Below are positions 27,092-36,821 of a DNA stretch of 64,000 nt, piece after piece. The stretch lies in NCBI GenBank assembly GCA_963708295.1, contig CAVPSJ010000017.1, forward strand, positions 320,001-384,000. Reading direction: 5' to 3'. Source of the stretch: an uncultured delta proteobacterium (GTDB taxonomy: Bacteria > Desulfobacterota > BSN033 > UBA1163). Position numbers and translations under genes: made by a program. Position 1 is the first letter of the stretch, and each line of letters begins with the position of its first letter. The notes below the pieces were generated by a model, which was given only the letters and a program-made list of their open reading frames with translations, was not told the origin of the DNA and did not search any database.

Positions 27092-27850
27092 TCATGAGTT
27101 CTTCCTTTTTCGGAAGCCGTGTTCGAAATCGGCGTCGTAGAGTTTCGATCTCCGGTAAGTCTTTCCGAGAACTTCTCCCACGACAATCAGCGCATGACGT
27201 TTGATCCCCGCTTCCTTCACCTTCTCGGCAATCGTTCCCAGGGTGCCGATGATCTTCCGTTCCTCGGCCCAGGAGGCTTTTTCAACGACCGCGACCGGTG
27301 TCTCCTCTCCGTAGCCCTTGGCTAGCTGGGCCACCACCTTCTCGATCTCGTGAACGCTTAAGAAGATTACCATCGTGGCTTTAGTCTCGGCTAACTTCTC
27401 CAGATTTTCCCTTGCAGGAACTTCGGTCCTGCCGGAAATCCTGGTCAGGATCAGGGTTTGGCTGACCCCCGGGAGAGTGAGTTCGCGTCTGAGCGTGGCT
27501 GCAGCAGCCTGATAGGCGCTGATACCGGGAACGATCTCGCAATCGATTCCTTCTTTTTCACACGCGTCCAGTTGTTCCTGCAAAGCGCTGTAGATGGAAA
27601 GATCGCCGGTGTGAACTCTGGCGACCGTTCTTCCGGCCTTTTTCGCCTCCCTGTAGATGTTCAGGATCTCTTCAAGCTCCATCGTTGACGAGTCATGGAG
27701 AACCGCACCCTGCCTTGCGAATTTCAGGATGTCCGGGTTGATCAAAGAGCCTGCATAGATGACCACATCGGATGTCCCAAGGATTCTTTTTGCCTTCAAC
27801 GTCAGAAGCTCCGGGTCACCGGGACCTGCCCCGATAAAGTAGACCTTCAT
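27092..27850 (-). CDS. cbiF: Precorrin-4 C11-methyltransferase
   Basis: VYFIGAGPGDPELLT, YAGSLI, RVHTGDLSIYSA, ELTLPGVSQT, SKLYDADFEHGFR. Confidence 0.95.
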   Translation of the reverse strand: MKVYFIGAGPGDPELLTLKAKRILGTSDVVIYAGSLINPDILKFARQGAVLHDSSTMELEEILNIYREAKKAGRTVARVHTGDLSIYSALQEQLDACEKEGIDCEIVPGISAYQAAAATLRRELTLPGVSQTLILTRISGRTEVPARENLEKLAETKATMVIFLSVHEIEKVVAQLAKGYGEETPVAVVEKASWAEERKIIGTLGTIAEKVKEAGIKRHALIVVGEVLGKTYRRSKLYDADFEHGFRKRKNS

Positions 27851-28583
27851 TGTAGTTTCCTCTTGGGATTCTTCACGATGATGACGGAAAGATATCCCTC
27901 TCTTTCGACTTTATTCAAAGAGGAGAGATCGTGAATCATCTTCTCTCCAGGCTGCCCGAGGTGGCTCACGAGCACCGAATGCTTCAGAAGGTCCAATTCT
28001 CCGAGCAGGACCATGACCTTGTCCAGTTTCGATCCCACCTTCATGAGGACCACCGTATCAAAGGTTGTGAGCACCTCTTTTAATCCTCTCAGATCTTTTC
28101 TCACAGGAAGGACGGCCAGGGTCTCGTCTGCCTGAACCAGGGGAACCTGCGCTCTGGCTGCCGCGGCATTAAAGGCACTGATTCCAGGAATCGTCTCCAC
28201 TTCGATATCGGGAAAGTTTTGAAGAAGCGTCCTCAGAAGATAGATGTAGGTGCTGTAAATGAAAGGATCTCCCAGCGTGATGAATGCTCCCTGTTTTCCC
28301 TTGGCGATTTCTTCGGCGATCCTTTGAGCTGCCTTCTCCCAGTGGGTCTTTAATACGTTTTGGTCACGGGTCATTGGAAAGGGGAGTTCCACAAACTCCT
28401 TGTCGGCAGAGGTTGTTGTCTCGATAATCGACCGGGCCCAGGAGCTTCCGTCTTCATCCCCCTTTGGACAGAAGACGATATCAACCTGGTCCAGGATCTC
28501 CTTTGCTCTGAGGGTCAGAAGTTTCGGGTCTCCGGGCCCGACTCCGATGCCGTAGAGCTTACCAAAGTTCGTTCTCCGTGCAT
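27847..28583 (-). CDS. cbiL: Precorrin-2 C20-methyltransferase (ATG at 28583 is out of frame by 1 nt, probably a homopolymer indel)
   Basis: KLYGIGVGPGDPKLLTLRA is in frame upstream of ORF 27847-28392; also FPMTRD, TLGDPFIYSTY, VLMKV and YLS. Confidence 0.88.
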
Positions 28584-28748
28584 TCTTATTCCTGCATATT
28601 AAATTGGGTGTGCGAAATAACCTCTAAAATCCATCTCCATCTCCGATGCCTGCCAGCGGGCAGGGATATCGAAAAAGTGACTGCATTTGAAAAACTTTGG
28701 AGATTAGGTTTTGCCCCGCCCGGCTCCTCAGAGTTTTCCAAGCCTTCG

Positions 28749-29375
28749 TCAATCCTCCTTCTGGATGATCATCACACACAGCCCGAACCCTTCCATGGCC
28801 CTCAGGCTTTTCAGATCCGTATCGACGATTCTTTCATCGGGGTAGGTCAGGTTTTCCATCACAATGGCCCTCCGGTTCTCCACTCCTTTTTCGAGCAAGT
28901 GGGCAGCTATTTTCTCGGGAGGGAGACCCGGATCCGTGAAAAGAAAGGTTTTCATGGAATTCTTGACCCTCGCGGCCAGATCGTCCATCTTCCGGCCATG
29001 GAGACTGAGAAGAGTCGCATCTTCCCATCGCTCTCCTATTCTGGCAAAGGCGATCTGAACGGTGCTGACACCGGGAATGACGACGTAATCTTCTTTTCTT
29101 AAGACCTGCGAGATCGTTCCAAGGAAACTGTAGAGGCCCGGATCTCCGGAGACGAGAACGGCGATCTTCTTCTTCTCCCTCTCCTTCAATAAGAAGGGGA
29201 TCACCTGCTCAAAATTTCCTTCCAATAATTGCTCTTCTTTATGAAGAGGTTGAAACAGACGAAGGGCCCGTCTTCCCCCGATCAAACAGTCTGACCTCTC
29301 GATTTCTTTTCTGGCAATGGGAAGCAGATAATCTTCCGTCCCCGAGCCGACACCGATGATGTAGACTTTGTTCAT
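28749..29375 (-). CDS. cbiE: Cobalt-precorrin-7 C5-methyltransferase CbiE
   Basis: IIGVGSG, VLVSGDPGLYS, IPGVSTVQIAFA, SLHGR, ENLTYPDERI. Confidence 0.9.
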   Translation of the reverse strand: MNKVYIIGVGSGTEDYLLPIARKEIERSDCLIGGRRALRLFQPLHKEEQLLEGNFEQVIPFLLKEREKKKIAVLVSGDPGLYSFLGTISQVLRKEDYVVIPGVSTVQIAFARIGERWEDATLLSLHGRKMDDLAARVKNSMKTFLFTDPGLPPEKIAAHLLEKGVENRRAIVMENLTYPDERIVDTDLKSLRAMEGFGLCVMIIQKED

Positions 29376-29442
29376 GATGCCCTTTTCTATCCCCCCTCAC
29401 CCCCGCCCTCTCCCACCAGGGGAGAGGGAGAGAGGTGGTTTT

Positions 29443-30501
29443 TTATTCATCATGGCTTGCTAAAACGTCTCCCTTTAGAGAGAGAAGGATGCAGCGTATC
29501 CTAAATTTTTCCCCGACACGATGCTTCACCTTTGACGCCACTTCATTGGCAATATCATCAAAGACATTCATCATCCGATACTCTCGGAATAGGTCAATGG
29601 TCGCCTCTGCCGTTGTCTGACGGAGAATGGCCTCGATTATTTCTTGGTCCGCCCCACGACGCCGGGCGTGATCAACGATCGTCTCAATCCGACGATCCCC
29701 GAATCGAGAGTGGGTATTGAATTGCCCCCCGGCGACTTTGACCAGCTTTCCGATATGTCCGACCAGAAGGACTTCTTTAAACCCTTTCTCTCCACATTGA
29801 TCCAGCATATATCCTACATGGTCGCCGATTTTGATGACGGAATCCTCGGGAAGCTGAAGGGCCTTCTTGCAGAACCGTTCTCCCACATAGCCAAGGACGA
29901 GGGCGATCTTCTCCAACCCTTGAGCCCTGAGGACATCAAGCTGAAGAGAGAGGGAGGTCGTGTAGGCATTGATCGATTTGGGCTCGACGATTCCCGTCGT
30001 TCCGATAATGGAGATCCCTCCCTCAATTCCGAGACGGGGATTGAAGGTTTTTTCTGCCAATGCCTCGCCTTCCGGAACGGTGATGGTTACCTCCGCTCCC
30101 TGACCATCTGGCAGTAAACTGGAGACATCACGGAGGATCATCTCCCTCGGAGTAGGGTTGATGGCAGGTTCACCCACGGGCACGGCCAATCCGGGTTTGG
30201 TAACAATGCCAACCCCTCTTCCACCCCGGATGGTCACTCCAGGGGTATCGGAAAATCTTACGGTTGCGTAGATCCTGGCGCCGTGGGTGACGTCCGGATC
30301 ATCCCCGGCGTCCTTCACCACCCCGCAGCGGGCATAGTGATCACCCCACTCCGTATCGATGACCGGGAGAAGAAGTTTGATTCCCGAAGGAGTCTCCAAT
30401 TCCACTTCGTCAACTCTCCTTCTGCCCAGAAGCATCATGGTGGCGGCCTTTGCCGCTCCCTGGGCGCAACTGCCCGTGGTGTATCCTTTTCTTAAGCTCA
30501 T
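29443..30501 (-). CDS. cbiD: Cobalt-precorrin-5B C1-methyltransferase
   Basis: LRKGYTTGSCA, KDAGDDPDVTHG, AINPTPR, TFNPRLGIEGGISIIGTTGIV, GHIGKLVKVA. Confidence 0.96.
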   Translation of the reverse strand: MSLRKGYTTGSCAQGAAKAATMMLLGRRRVDEVELETPSGIKLLLPVIDTEWGDHYARCGVVKDAGDDPDVTHGARIYATVRFSDTPGVTIRGGRGVGIVTKPGLAVPVGEPAINPTPREMILRDVSSLLPDGQGAEVTITVPEGEALAEKTFNPRLGIEGGISIIGTTGIVEPKSINAYTTSLSLQLDVLRAQGLEKIALVLGYVGERFCKKALQLPEDSVIKIGDHVGYMLDQCGEKGFKEVLLVGHIGKLVKVAGGQFNTHSRFGDRRIETIVDHARRRGADQEIIEAILRQTTAEATIDLFREYRMMNVFDDIANEVASKVKHRVGEKFRIRCILLSLKGDVLASHDE

Positions 30502-30522
30502 CGTGGTTTCTTCACAACATCC

Positions 30523-30707
30523 TAATGATACTGCTCCGGCAAATCTCCCATCCCCTTCCTAACCTCCCCCTTAAATGGGGAGGAACATAACTATTTCCCT
30601 CCCCTTCAGGGGGAGGGGAAGCCCTGCACCACGTAGGGTGCAGGACAATGCCCTGAACCTCACATGGTTCATGGGGTGGGGGTGGGGTTCATCGGATGTC
30701 TATTCAT
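30523..30707. repeat. Dispersed composite palindromic repeat (copy B, inverted relative to 5797-6012)
   Basis: Reverse complement of copy A lacking ~30 internal nt; its end contains the cbiO stop codon. Confidence 0.9.
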
Positions 30708-31546
30708 TTTCTAACCAGCCGGATGATCTCCTCTCTTGCTTCGCCGATCGTGAGGGGAATTTTATCGAAAGGGAGTCGATCGTCGTGCTTGAGCCGGTAA
30801 ATCAACTCTGCAATCTGAGGAAGCCGTAGTTTCATCTCTTCCATTTCATCAGGGGTTGTAAAAACATCCTCGGGCGATCCTTCTCTGACCATTCGTCCTC
30901 TGCTTAAAATGTAGAGCCGGTCGACGAAGAGCGGGACCAGGTCGACCCGATGGGTTGCCATGACCATGGTGATCCCCTGCTCCTTATTGAGTCTCATCAA
31001 GAGGTTCATCATCCTGTATTCTCCCATCGGATCCAATCCATCGGTGGGTTCATCCAGAAGCAGTATCTCCTGTCCCATAGCCAGAAGACCTGCAATACAG
31101 ATCCGCTTTTTCTCTCCGAAGCTCAGGTGGTGAATGGATCTCTTTCCATAGCCCTCCATGTCCACCTCGTTGAGGGATCTCGTGACCCGGAGAGCCACTT
31201 CGTCTCCGGAAAATCCCATGTTGATCGGTCCGAAAGCTACATCTTCGAAAACAGTCGGGGCAAAAAGCTGTTCGTCGGAGTTCTGAAAGATCAGGCCGAC
31301 TTTTCGATAGATTTCCTTCGGGGACAACTCCCGGATTTCCTTTCCATCCAAACGGACACTCCCTTCGCAATCTTTCAGCAACCCATCCATCACTTTGAGG
31401 AGGGTGGTTTTTCCGGAACCATTCGCTCCCAGAATGCCGATGAATTCCCCTCGTCTGATCTCGAGATCGATATCCGATAAGGATTGTGTCCCGCCAGGAT
31501 ATTTAAATGAAACCTTTTTGACGGAAAGTCGAATTAGATCATCCAT
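30704..31546 (-). CDS. cbiO: Cobalt ECF transporter ATPase
   Basis: GANGSGKTT, FQNSDEQLFAPTV, LSFGEKKR, LLDEPT. Confidence 0.92.
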   Translation of the reverse strand: MDDLIRLSVKKVSFKYPGGTQSLSDIDLEIRRGEFIGILGANGSGKTTLLKVMDGLLKDCEGSVRLDGKEIRELSPKEIYRKVGLIFQNSDEQLFAPTVFEDVAFGPINMGFSGDEVALRVTRSLNEVDMEGYGKRSIHHLSFGEKKRICIAGLLAMGQEILLLDEPTDGLDPMGEYRMMNLLMRLNKEQGITMVMATHRVDLVPLFVDRLYILSRGRMVREGSPEDVFTTPDEMEEMKLRLPQIAELIYRLKHDDRLPFDKIPLTIGEAREEIIRLVRK

Positions 31547-32286
31547 AGATATCCCATCGCCAAAACAAAAATCATCGAGCCCAAGATCTCCGAACCTTTT
31601 AAGGGCCTCTCCAATGCCATCGGAATGCGGCCATCGAATCCTCTCTGGACCAAGGCCATTGCCGTATTCTGGCTGTGTTCAAAAACTTTCAGGATGAGGG
31701 AGCCGGTCAAGGTGCCAAAAGAGCTTAAACCCCGTTTAAAGCTCGTGTAACCCAGCCGGGTCTTTTGAGAATTGTAGATGACCAGACTCTCGTCAAGGAG
31801 GACGAAGATGTACCGGTAGGCAAAGACCATCACCTCGATAAAACCTTTGGGTACCCTCAGCCAGGAGAGACCGGCCATGAACTCGGTAAAGGGTGTCGAA
31901 AACCCCATGATCGTCAGGATCGAGACGGCTCCGATGATTCGACTGCCGATCATCAACCCTTCCCTTAACCCCTCCTGGTAGGCTGCAATCTTCAAACCAA
32001 AAAGCGATACGGAAAAGAGCGAAAGGTTGCCCGAGAAAAAAGTTTTTAGAAGAACCACTACGGCTGAAATAAAGAGCGGCTCTGAAAGTCTTAGGAGAAA
32101 AACCCGGAGAGGAACCCGCAACACCGCCCCGAGAAGAAGGCAGAAAAAGATGACAACGAGGGGGAAAAAGAATCCCTTGTAACTTAAGATCATGGCGAGA
32201 AGAAGGAGCGCGAGGAGAAGTTTAATCCTTGCATCGATCTTCGAAAGGAGATGGTCTTTTTTGAAATGTTCAGAAAAAAGTTCCAT
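31534..32286 (-). CDS. cbiQ: Cobalt ECF transporter T component
   Basis: IDARIKL, STPFTEF..L.WLRVP, YRYIFVL, RLGY, RGFDG. Confidence 0.9.
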   Translation of the reverse strand: MELFSEHFKKDHLLSKIDARIKLLLALLLLAMILSYKGFFFPLVVIFFCLLLGAVLRVPLRVFLLRLSEPLFISAVVVLLKTFFSGNLSLFSVSLFGLKIAAYQEGLREGLMIGSRIIGAVSILTIMGFSTPFTEFMAGLSWLRVPKGFIEVMVFAYRYIFVLLDESLVIYNSQKTRLGYTSFKRGLSSFGTLTGSLILKVFEHSQNTAMALVQRGFDGRIPMALERPLKGSEILGSMIFVLAMGYLWMI

Positions 32287-32310
32287 GGGTAACCGTTTAT
32301 GAAGATTCTT

Positions 32311-32586
32311 TCAAGGTTTCTTTTTCTCAGCTTCTACCTCTTCGACTTTTTCCCCCATCAACCCCCTCCAGTAATATCCTCCGATAAAACCTCCTACGGC
32401 GCCGGCGAGGAGAAAGACAAACAGGAGCAGATCCCCCTGATCGGTGTTGAGAAACGATTCTTTCGCCTCTCTGCCGTGCTCCTTTGCAATCTTCTCAATG
32501 ACAGATTCGTCTACCCCCGACCATTTTTCACCCGCAGGAGTTACAGAAGGCAGTATGCAGAAGGCAGTCAGCAGTAGAAGCAGCAT
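32311..32586 (-). CDS. cbiN: Cobalt transport accessory protein (CbiN-like)
   Basis: WSGVDESVIEK...GDLLLFVFLLAGAVGGFIGGYYW; lies between cbiM and cbiQ. Confidence 0.7.
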   Translation of the reverse strand: MLLLLLTAFCILPSVTPAGEKWSGVDESVIEKIAKEHGREAKESFLNTDQGDLLLFVFLLAGAVGGFIGGYYWRGLMGEKVEEVEAEKKKP

Positions 32587-32625
32587 TCCGAAGACTTTGA
32601 GCTTTGAGCTTTGAGCTTTGAACTT

Positions 32626-33405
32626 TCACACCGCCTCCTCCGCCTTTAAGACCTTCATTTTCACAAGGAGGTCAGGACGTTTTTTGTAAAGTAGGACGAT
32701 CATTCCGGCAGTCATCGCTCCCTCGAGGATTCCAAGCGGGAGTTGAGTGGGGATGAAAGCGATGAGGATCTTCCAGAAGAGAGGCATGAACGGAGAGTCT
32801 CCTTTGATGCCCGACGCAAGTTCAATCGATGTCGTAAGGTAGGTGGCCCAGTCTGCCAGGAGGCCTGCAACGAATCCGGAAACGGCCATGTTGATTCTCA
32901 TCGAGCGTAATGCCTTGAAGGTCAAGAAGCCTGCGAAGGACCCCATGACACCCATGGAGAGGATGTTCGCTCCCCAGGTACTCAAACCTCCGTGAGCAAG
33001 GAAGAGAGCCTGGATGAGCAGGGCCACTGCTGCAACCAGTACGCTGATCGCAGGACCGACAAGAATTCCGGAAATGGCTGTCCCGCACGGATGAGAGCAG
33101 GAACCTGCCGTTGGCACGGGGATTGGCATACATGAGATGATAAAGACAACGGCTGCCATCAGCCCGACGAGGGGCTTGAATGACAGATCACCAGCGGAAG
33201 CTTTTTTTAACCTGTACAATCCGTAGACGACAAAAGGCACCGCCAGGATTGACCAGAGGGCAGCCCAGTGGAAAGGCAGTAATCCTTCCGAAATATGCAT
33301 GGCGTGGGCGTCGGAAACAGTGAGCAGTATGCAGTATGTCGTAAGGAGAAGAGGGGTAACGACATCTCCTAAATTTTGAGTTTTAAATTTTGAATTATTT
33401 TGCAT
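32626..33405 (-). CDS. cbiM: Cobalt ECF transporter S component
   Basis: Signal peptide followed by AHAMHISEGLLP; GSCSHPCG, QALFLAHGG, TQLPLGILEG. Confidence 0.93.
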   Translation of the reverse strand: MQNNSKFKTQNLGDVVTPLLLTTYCILLTVSDAHAMHISEGLLPFHWAALWSILAVPFVVYGLYRLKKASAGDLSFKPLVGLMAAVVFIISCMPIPVPTAGSCSHPCGTAISGILVGPAISVLVAAVALLIQALFLAHGGLSTWGANILSMGVMGSFAGFLTFKALRSMRINMAVSGFVAGLLADWATYLTTSIELASGIKGDSPFMPLFWKILIAFIPTQLPLGILEGAMTAGMIVLLYKKRPDLLVKMKVLKAEEAV

Positions 33406-33410
33406 GGCTC

Positions 33411-34658
33411 TTACTTTCGATATCTGGCCGCCTCCTCCGGGAGCATCGGGACGAACTCGCATTGTCCTGACGGAATGGGATATTCTTCCCGATCGGGCAG
33501 GGTCAGATCCCTCACATCGCACAGCTCCTTTGATTCCTCAATGCGTCGCTCCACCAGGTCCACCAGTCCTTCATTAAATCCCAGACTTCTTCCCAGTATC
33601 AATCTCACATGGGGGAATCTTTTGGCCTCCTTCTGCATCATCTCGGGGATGTCGAGCAGGAGGTGGAGTCCTTCATGGAGAAAATAAGGGATGGCCAATA
33701 CCTTTCTAGCTCCTTGATTCATACATTTTTCGAAAATCTCGGGGAAATGCGGGCCAAGTCTTGAGATAAAACATATCTCCACCCGGGGATACCCATACTT
33801 GTCTCTCAAGCGTTGGGCCACCTCTTCCATATCCCTGCCAGCTCCCGGGACACGGCTTCCGTGACCCATGAGAATAATGGTCTCATCTCTCAGACTTCCA
33901 GACCCCTTTGCCTGGGCAGTCGGCTCAGCGATAAGGCCCTCTCCATCCCTTTGACCCGCTGCAATCGCACAGAGGGCATGAACCACGCTCACGGCAAGAG
34001 GACTTCCGCCTCGTCTCCCGGAGAGCGCGATAAAAGGAATATCGAGAGACATGAGCTCCTCCTTGCTTTCGATAACATGAACGAAACCGACGGGCATCGC
34101 AATGACCAGGGCCGGTCGGATCTCTTCTTCCTGGATGAGACGGTTCAACTCAAGGAGGCCGACAGGTGAGTTTCCAAAAACCACCAGACCCCTGTTCAGG
34201 ATCGGTTTTGCTTTTTGAACGGCAAAGAGCGACCGTGGAAGCCTGTGCTGCCGCGCCTTCCCGAAGACTTCCTCATCGTCCACATGACAGACGATATTCG
34301 AGGCCTGATAACCTTTGTGAACAGACTGGAGTCTCTTCAAAGAAAGTCCTGACTGGATCATTCTGGAATCGACATAGATAGGCCTTCCTGACCGCAAGGG
34401 TTCGATCCCATGGGAAATGGCTCCCGGAGAAAACTTAACGAGATCGATAAGCCCAAAATCTCCGGTGGTGTGGATCATTCGGCGAACCACCTGCCATTCC
34501 TCCGAGCCGAATGGGTGTGGGCCCACCTCCTCTTCGATCCGTTCCATGGATCGAGCCTCGATCTCCTCTCCGCTGAGGGGGGAGGCCAGGAATCTATGGA
34601 TGAGGGGATCACGTTTTCTCTTCGGTTCACTTTTTGGAAAACCCGTTTTCTGATTCAT
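33411..34658 (-). CDS. cbiC: CbiC (precorrin-8X methylmutase)-CbiX (cobaltochelatase) fusion
   Basis: IEARSMERI, RMIHTTGD, GNSP, PVGFV, GRRGGS; then ILMGHGSR and PYFLHEGLH..DIP. Confidence 0.88.
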   Translation of the reverse strand: MNQKTGFPKSEPKRKRDPLIHRFLASPLSGEEIEARSMERIEEEVGPHPFGSEEWQVVRRMIHTTGDFGLIDLVKFSPGAISHGIEPLRSGRPIYVDSRMIQSGLSLKRLQSVHKGYQASNIVCHVDDEEVFGKARQHRLPRSLFAVQKAKPILNRGLVVFGNSPVGLLELNRLIQEEEIRPALVIAMPVGFVHVIESKEELMSLDIPFIALSGRRGGSPLAVSVVHALCAIAAGQRDGEGLIAEPTAQAKGSGSLRDETIILMGHGSRVPGAGRDMEEVAQRLRDKYGYPRVEICFISRLGPHFPEIFEKCMNQGARKVLAIPYFLHEGLHLLLDIPEMMQKEAKRFPHVRLILGRSLGFNEGLVDLVERRIEESKELCDVRDLTLPDREEYPIPSGQCEFVPMLPEEAARYRK

Positions 34659-34664
34659 AACTTG

Positions 34665-34766
34665 CCCCGTTGGAAAGTTCCTCCGTTTATGACGGAGGAG
34701 GATATTTATTTTTATCTCGTTCCTTATTGAAAGGATGTGGTAAAGACCCTCGTATTTCTAACGGGG
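34665..34766. mobile_element. Small MITE overlapping the 3' end of cbiA
   Basis: Ends CCCCGTTGGAAA and TTTCTAACGGGG; related ends at 63222-63320. Confidence 0.65.
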
Positions 34767-36150
34767 TCTGCTCCACAGTGGTTGATAAAGGTTTCCACAT
34801 TTCCGGGTCGAGAGGCCCAGTGAAGATGGACATAGCTTGCCAGGACGTTGTTCTGCTGAAACCCCTCAGGAAAGGTTTTTTCCGACCGGCGGCGTTTTAT
34901 CCGGTAAACCGGTGCCCAGCGGAGTCGTCTGACAGAGGCCCGATCAGTTCAGAGTAATGGAATTCATGACCTCTGAGCACTGCTCCGCGCTCTCCCCAAA
35001 GCGAGTTATTTGTCAGAGTGACCTCAACGTATCCGAGGGACTTCAGCCGATTGAGCATTCTTGACCAAACCGGGAGAAGGCCCACCATGGGGTATCGTTT
35101 TCCCTGGGTTGTTTCAATTCCCCGGGTCAGGTACATGAGCCCCCCGCACTCGGCGTAAAGAGGAAGACCTCTCCTGGCGAACTGACGGACGGCTTCCTGC
35201 ATCTCCCGATTTTCCGCCAACGGTTCCGCATATTCCTCAGGATAGCCTCCTCCAAAGTAAAGGGCATCGATACCCCCCGGCGGTTTCCTGTCTTGGAGAG
35301 GGGAAAAGAAAATCAAGTCACATCCCCGTAATTTGAGCTCATCCAGGTTGTCCGGATAGTAGAAATGAAAAGCCCTGTCGTACGCCACACCGATTGAAAC
35401 GTGCTTCGGGCAGGGGACTGCCTCTTGCCCCGGCTCCGTGATGGGAAGAGGCAATGCATCCCGAGCTATCTGCAGAACGGTATCTACGGAAACGTATTGT
35501 TCTAGGACATCCGCCAAGTCCTCGATATTTTTTGGCGGAAGATTTTGAGGATCTGCCGTAACCAGTCCCAGATGACGGCTGGGAAGGGCGGGGAAGGCGC
35601 CTCGTGGAATGGCACCCAGCAAAGGGGGAAGGGATGCGCTCCTGAGAGACTGAGCGAGCCAGTCTCTGTGGCGATCCGACCCGCTGCGATTGGCAATGAT
35701 ACCAGCGACCTTCAAATCCCGCTCGAATTCAACGCAACCTTTCACGATCGCGCAGAGACTTCGTGCCATGCCGTGGACATTGACCACCAGCAAGACCGGA
35801 GCATCCAACCAGCGGGCGATCTCCGCTGTACTTCCCTCAGATGTTCCAGGATCCGATCCGTCGAAGAGTCCCATCACTCCTTCAATGACGGCGATATCGG
35901 CATCCTTCGTGGTCCGGCTGAAAAGTCCCAGGACATACTCTTTTCGGGTCATCCAGCCATCGAGGTTATAGCAAGGTCTTTCTGAAGCGAGTGTCAGGTA
36001 AGAGGGATCCAGAAAATCCGGCCCGATCTTAAACGTCTGGATCCGAAGCCCTCTCCGTTTAAGAGAAGCGACGAGAGCGAGGGAGAGGGTCGTTTTCCCC
36101 GTTCCGCTCTGGGTTCCTGCTATGATGATTCTCGGTATGGACTGTCTCAT
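34724..36150 (-). CDS. cbiA: Cobyrinate a,c-diamide synthase (one frameshift at ~34918)
   Basis: SGTGKTT, KIGPDFLDP, EGVMGLFDG, SRHLGL, AECGGLMYL, GHEFHYS; the C-terminal NVLASYVHLH continues in the shifted frame. Confidence 0.92.
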
Positions 36151-36290
36151 AAAAACATCCGAAAGGGGTTCAAGAATTTTGGAAAGTAGAAAGTAGACAG
36201 TAGCGTGTGGGGTTAACCAGTTTCTGCCTTCCACTTTCTACTCTCTTAGATTTGAACCCTTGACCCCTCGATTCCTTGAATCCTCCAAAC

Positions 36291-36821
36291 TTAGTATTCA
36301 ACCCCCTTTTGTGCTCCAATCCCTTGGCTCAATCCATGTTTGAGATTGCGCATCTCCGTCACCGTATCCGCCTCGTCGATGAGACGTTGGGTGGCTCCCC
36401 TCCCTGTTAATACGAGACAGGAGAGTTCACCGCTCTCTTCAAGAAGGTTCATGATTTGATCCTCTGTGATGAGCCCTTTGTCCATTGCCGTACAGATTTC
36501 ATCCAGGATCATCAGGTCATACTTTTCCGAGCGAAGGGCTTCAGCAGCCTTTTCCAGGGCATGAAAGGCCGCTTGACGATGTTCAAGAAAAGCGGGGCTC
36601 GTGGGAGATGGAACAAATCCCCGGCCCATCTGGATCACCTCAACCCGTGGGAGATATCTGAGGCCGGCCAGCTCGCCTACGGTATCATCCGCTTTCATAA
36701 ATTGCAGAATCAGGGTTCGCATTCCATGGCCGCTTGCGCGAAGAGCCATCCCGAGCGCAGCCGTGGTTTTGCCCTTGCCGTCCCCCGTGAAAATGAGAAT
36801 GCGGCTCCTCCTGTTCGTCAG
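36291..36821 (-). CDS. cobO: Cob(I)yrinic acid a,c-diamide adenosyltransferase (BtuR/CobO); probable CTG start overlapping the cobQ stop
   Basis: IFTGDGKGKTTAALGMALRA is in frame upstream of ORF 36291-36749; also QFMK, ILDEI, LTGR and GVEY; GGAGG upstream of the CTG. Confidence 0.9.
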   Translation of the reverse strand: MTNRRSRILIFTGDGKGKTTAALGMALRASGHGMRTLILQFMKADDTVGELAGLRYLPRVEVIQMGRGFVPSPTSPAFLEHRQAAFHALEKAAEALRSEKYDLMILDEICTAMDKGLITEDQIMNLLEESGELSCLVLTGRGATQRLIDEADTVTEMRNLKHGLSQGIGAQKGVEY

